A stretch of 64,000 bases of DNA, taken from contig CM059433.1 of the NCBI GenBank assembly GCA_030390025.1, positions 32,924,001-32,988,000 of the forward strand, written 5' to 3'. Every line of letters starts with the position of its first letter. The stretch's first letter is position 1. A model generated the notes under the pieces. That model had not been told where the DNA came from. It searched no databases and saw nothing but the letters and a program-made list of their open reading frames with translations. Positions 62,901 through 64,000 of this stretch are shown here, piece by piece. A program made the translations under genes and the position numbers. The DNA is from Squalus acanthias (Eukaryota).

Positions 62901-64000
62901 AATCACAGGAGCAATCATAGAATCAATCACAGGATCAGTCATAGAATCAATCACAGGATCAATCATAGAATCATTCACATGATTAATCATAGAATCAATC
63001 ACACGATCAGTCATAGAATCAATCAGATGACCAATCATTGAATCAGTCAGATGAACAATCACAGGATCAATCATAGAATAAATCAAATGATCTATCATAG
63101 AATCAATCATAGAATCAATAACATGTCCTGTCACAGGATCACTCACAGTATCAATTATATGGTCAACCAAAGGATCATCGTAAAATCTAAAAGAAAATTA
63201 ATAACAGTAGCAATCATAGAATCAGTCACATGATCAATCATAGAATTAGTCACAGCATCAACAACAGAATGAGTCACATGATCTAACATAGAATCAATCA
63301 GAGCATCAATCATACAATCAATCACATGATCGATCATCTAATCAATCACATTATCAACCATAGAATCAATCACATAATCAATCACAGAAGCAAACACATG
63401 ATCAAACATAGAATCAATCAGATGATCAATCATCGGAACAATTATAGAATCAAGCAAAGGATCAATCACAGGAACAATCAAACAATTTTTCGCATGATCA
63501 AACATAGAATCAATCACAGAATCAATCACATCATCAATCATAGAATCAATCACATGATCAATCATAGAATGAATCACATGATCAATCATAGAATCAATCA
63601 CAGAATCAATCATAGAATCAATCAGATGATCTATCATAGAATCAATCACATGATCAATCATAGAATCAAACACAGGATCAATCAGAGAATCAATCCCATG
63701 ATCAATCATAGAATCAATCACATGATCAATCATAGAATCAATCACATGATCGATCATAGAATGAGTCACGTGATCTATCAAGAATCAATCACATGATCAA
63801 ACATAGAATCAATCACATGATCAATCACATGATCAATCATTGAATCAATCAAATATTCGAACACACGATCAATCATGGAATCAATCACATTATCAATCAT
63901 AATATCAATCACATCATCGAGCACATGTTCAATCATAGAATCTATCACAGGATCAATCAGAGAATCAGTCAGATGATCTGACATGGAATCAATCAGGGGA
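59925..64000. repeat. Long-range copy of ~36240-41150 (offset 23688 shrinking stepwise to 22850)
   Basis: ORF pairs 36313/60001, 36649/60337, 37074/60762 and 37873/61561 (offset 23688), 38479/62191 (23712), 39071/62640 (23569), 40201/63051 and 40488/63338 (22850). Confidence 0.9.

Larger units (their letters stand above)
5506..64000. repeat. 12-bp tandem satellite array continuing to the window end, same family and orientation
   Basis: Uninterrupted ATCAATCANNNN monomers. I saw no inverted block and no second insertion of complex sequence. Confidence 0.98.

Noticed and set aside
1..64000. CRISPR array, or an RT-plus-repeat prokaryotic system (retron, DGR, RT-Cas)
   Set aside because: No unique spacers, cas or accessory genes. 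The RT is a vertebrate CR1-type non-LTR enzyme, and the empty paralogous site shows it is a secondary insertion.
1..64000. Definite centromere or telomere assignment
   Set aside because: No TTAGGG tracts seen, and centromere function cannot be inferred from sequence alone.

Overview
This is eukaryotic heterochromatin-type DNA with no host genes. About 96% of the window is one 12-bp satellite in a single orientation: ATCAATCA plus a variable tetramer (TAGA, CATG, CAGG, CAGA), often alternating as a 24-bp dimer, roughly 5,100 monomers by length. Shared variant monomers reveal nested higher-order repeats and duplications with periods or offsets of about 276, 444, 755, 1307-1451, 2603, 3077, 3198, 7983 and 22850-23700 bp. 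The only non-satellite sequence is a 5'-truncated CR1-clade LINE at 3234-5505 (+). It has an uninterrupted RT-containing ORF2 remnant, a 3' stem-loop and a (TCTATGTA)3 tail, and its 3' end resembles cartilaginous-fish CR1/HER1-type elements as I recall them. An empty paralogous site at 8108/8109 defines the insertion and shows no clear target-site duplication. The most intriguing observation is that the satellite's minus strand reads (ATTCTRTG-ATTG)n in its TAGA/CAGA monomers, which is the canonical CR1 3'-terminal octamer plus four bases, so the satellite may derive from a CR1 tail. The many INHR/MIDS ORFs are artefacts of the repeat. All coordinates and offsets were read by eye or taken from the ORF track; no alignments were run.
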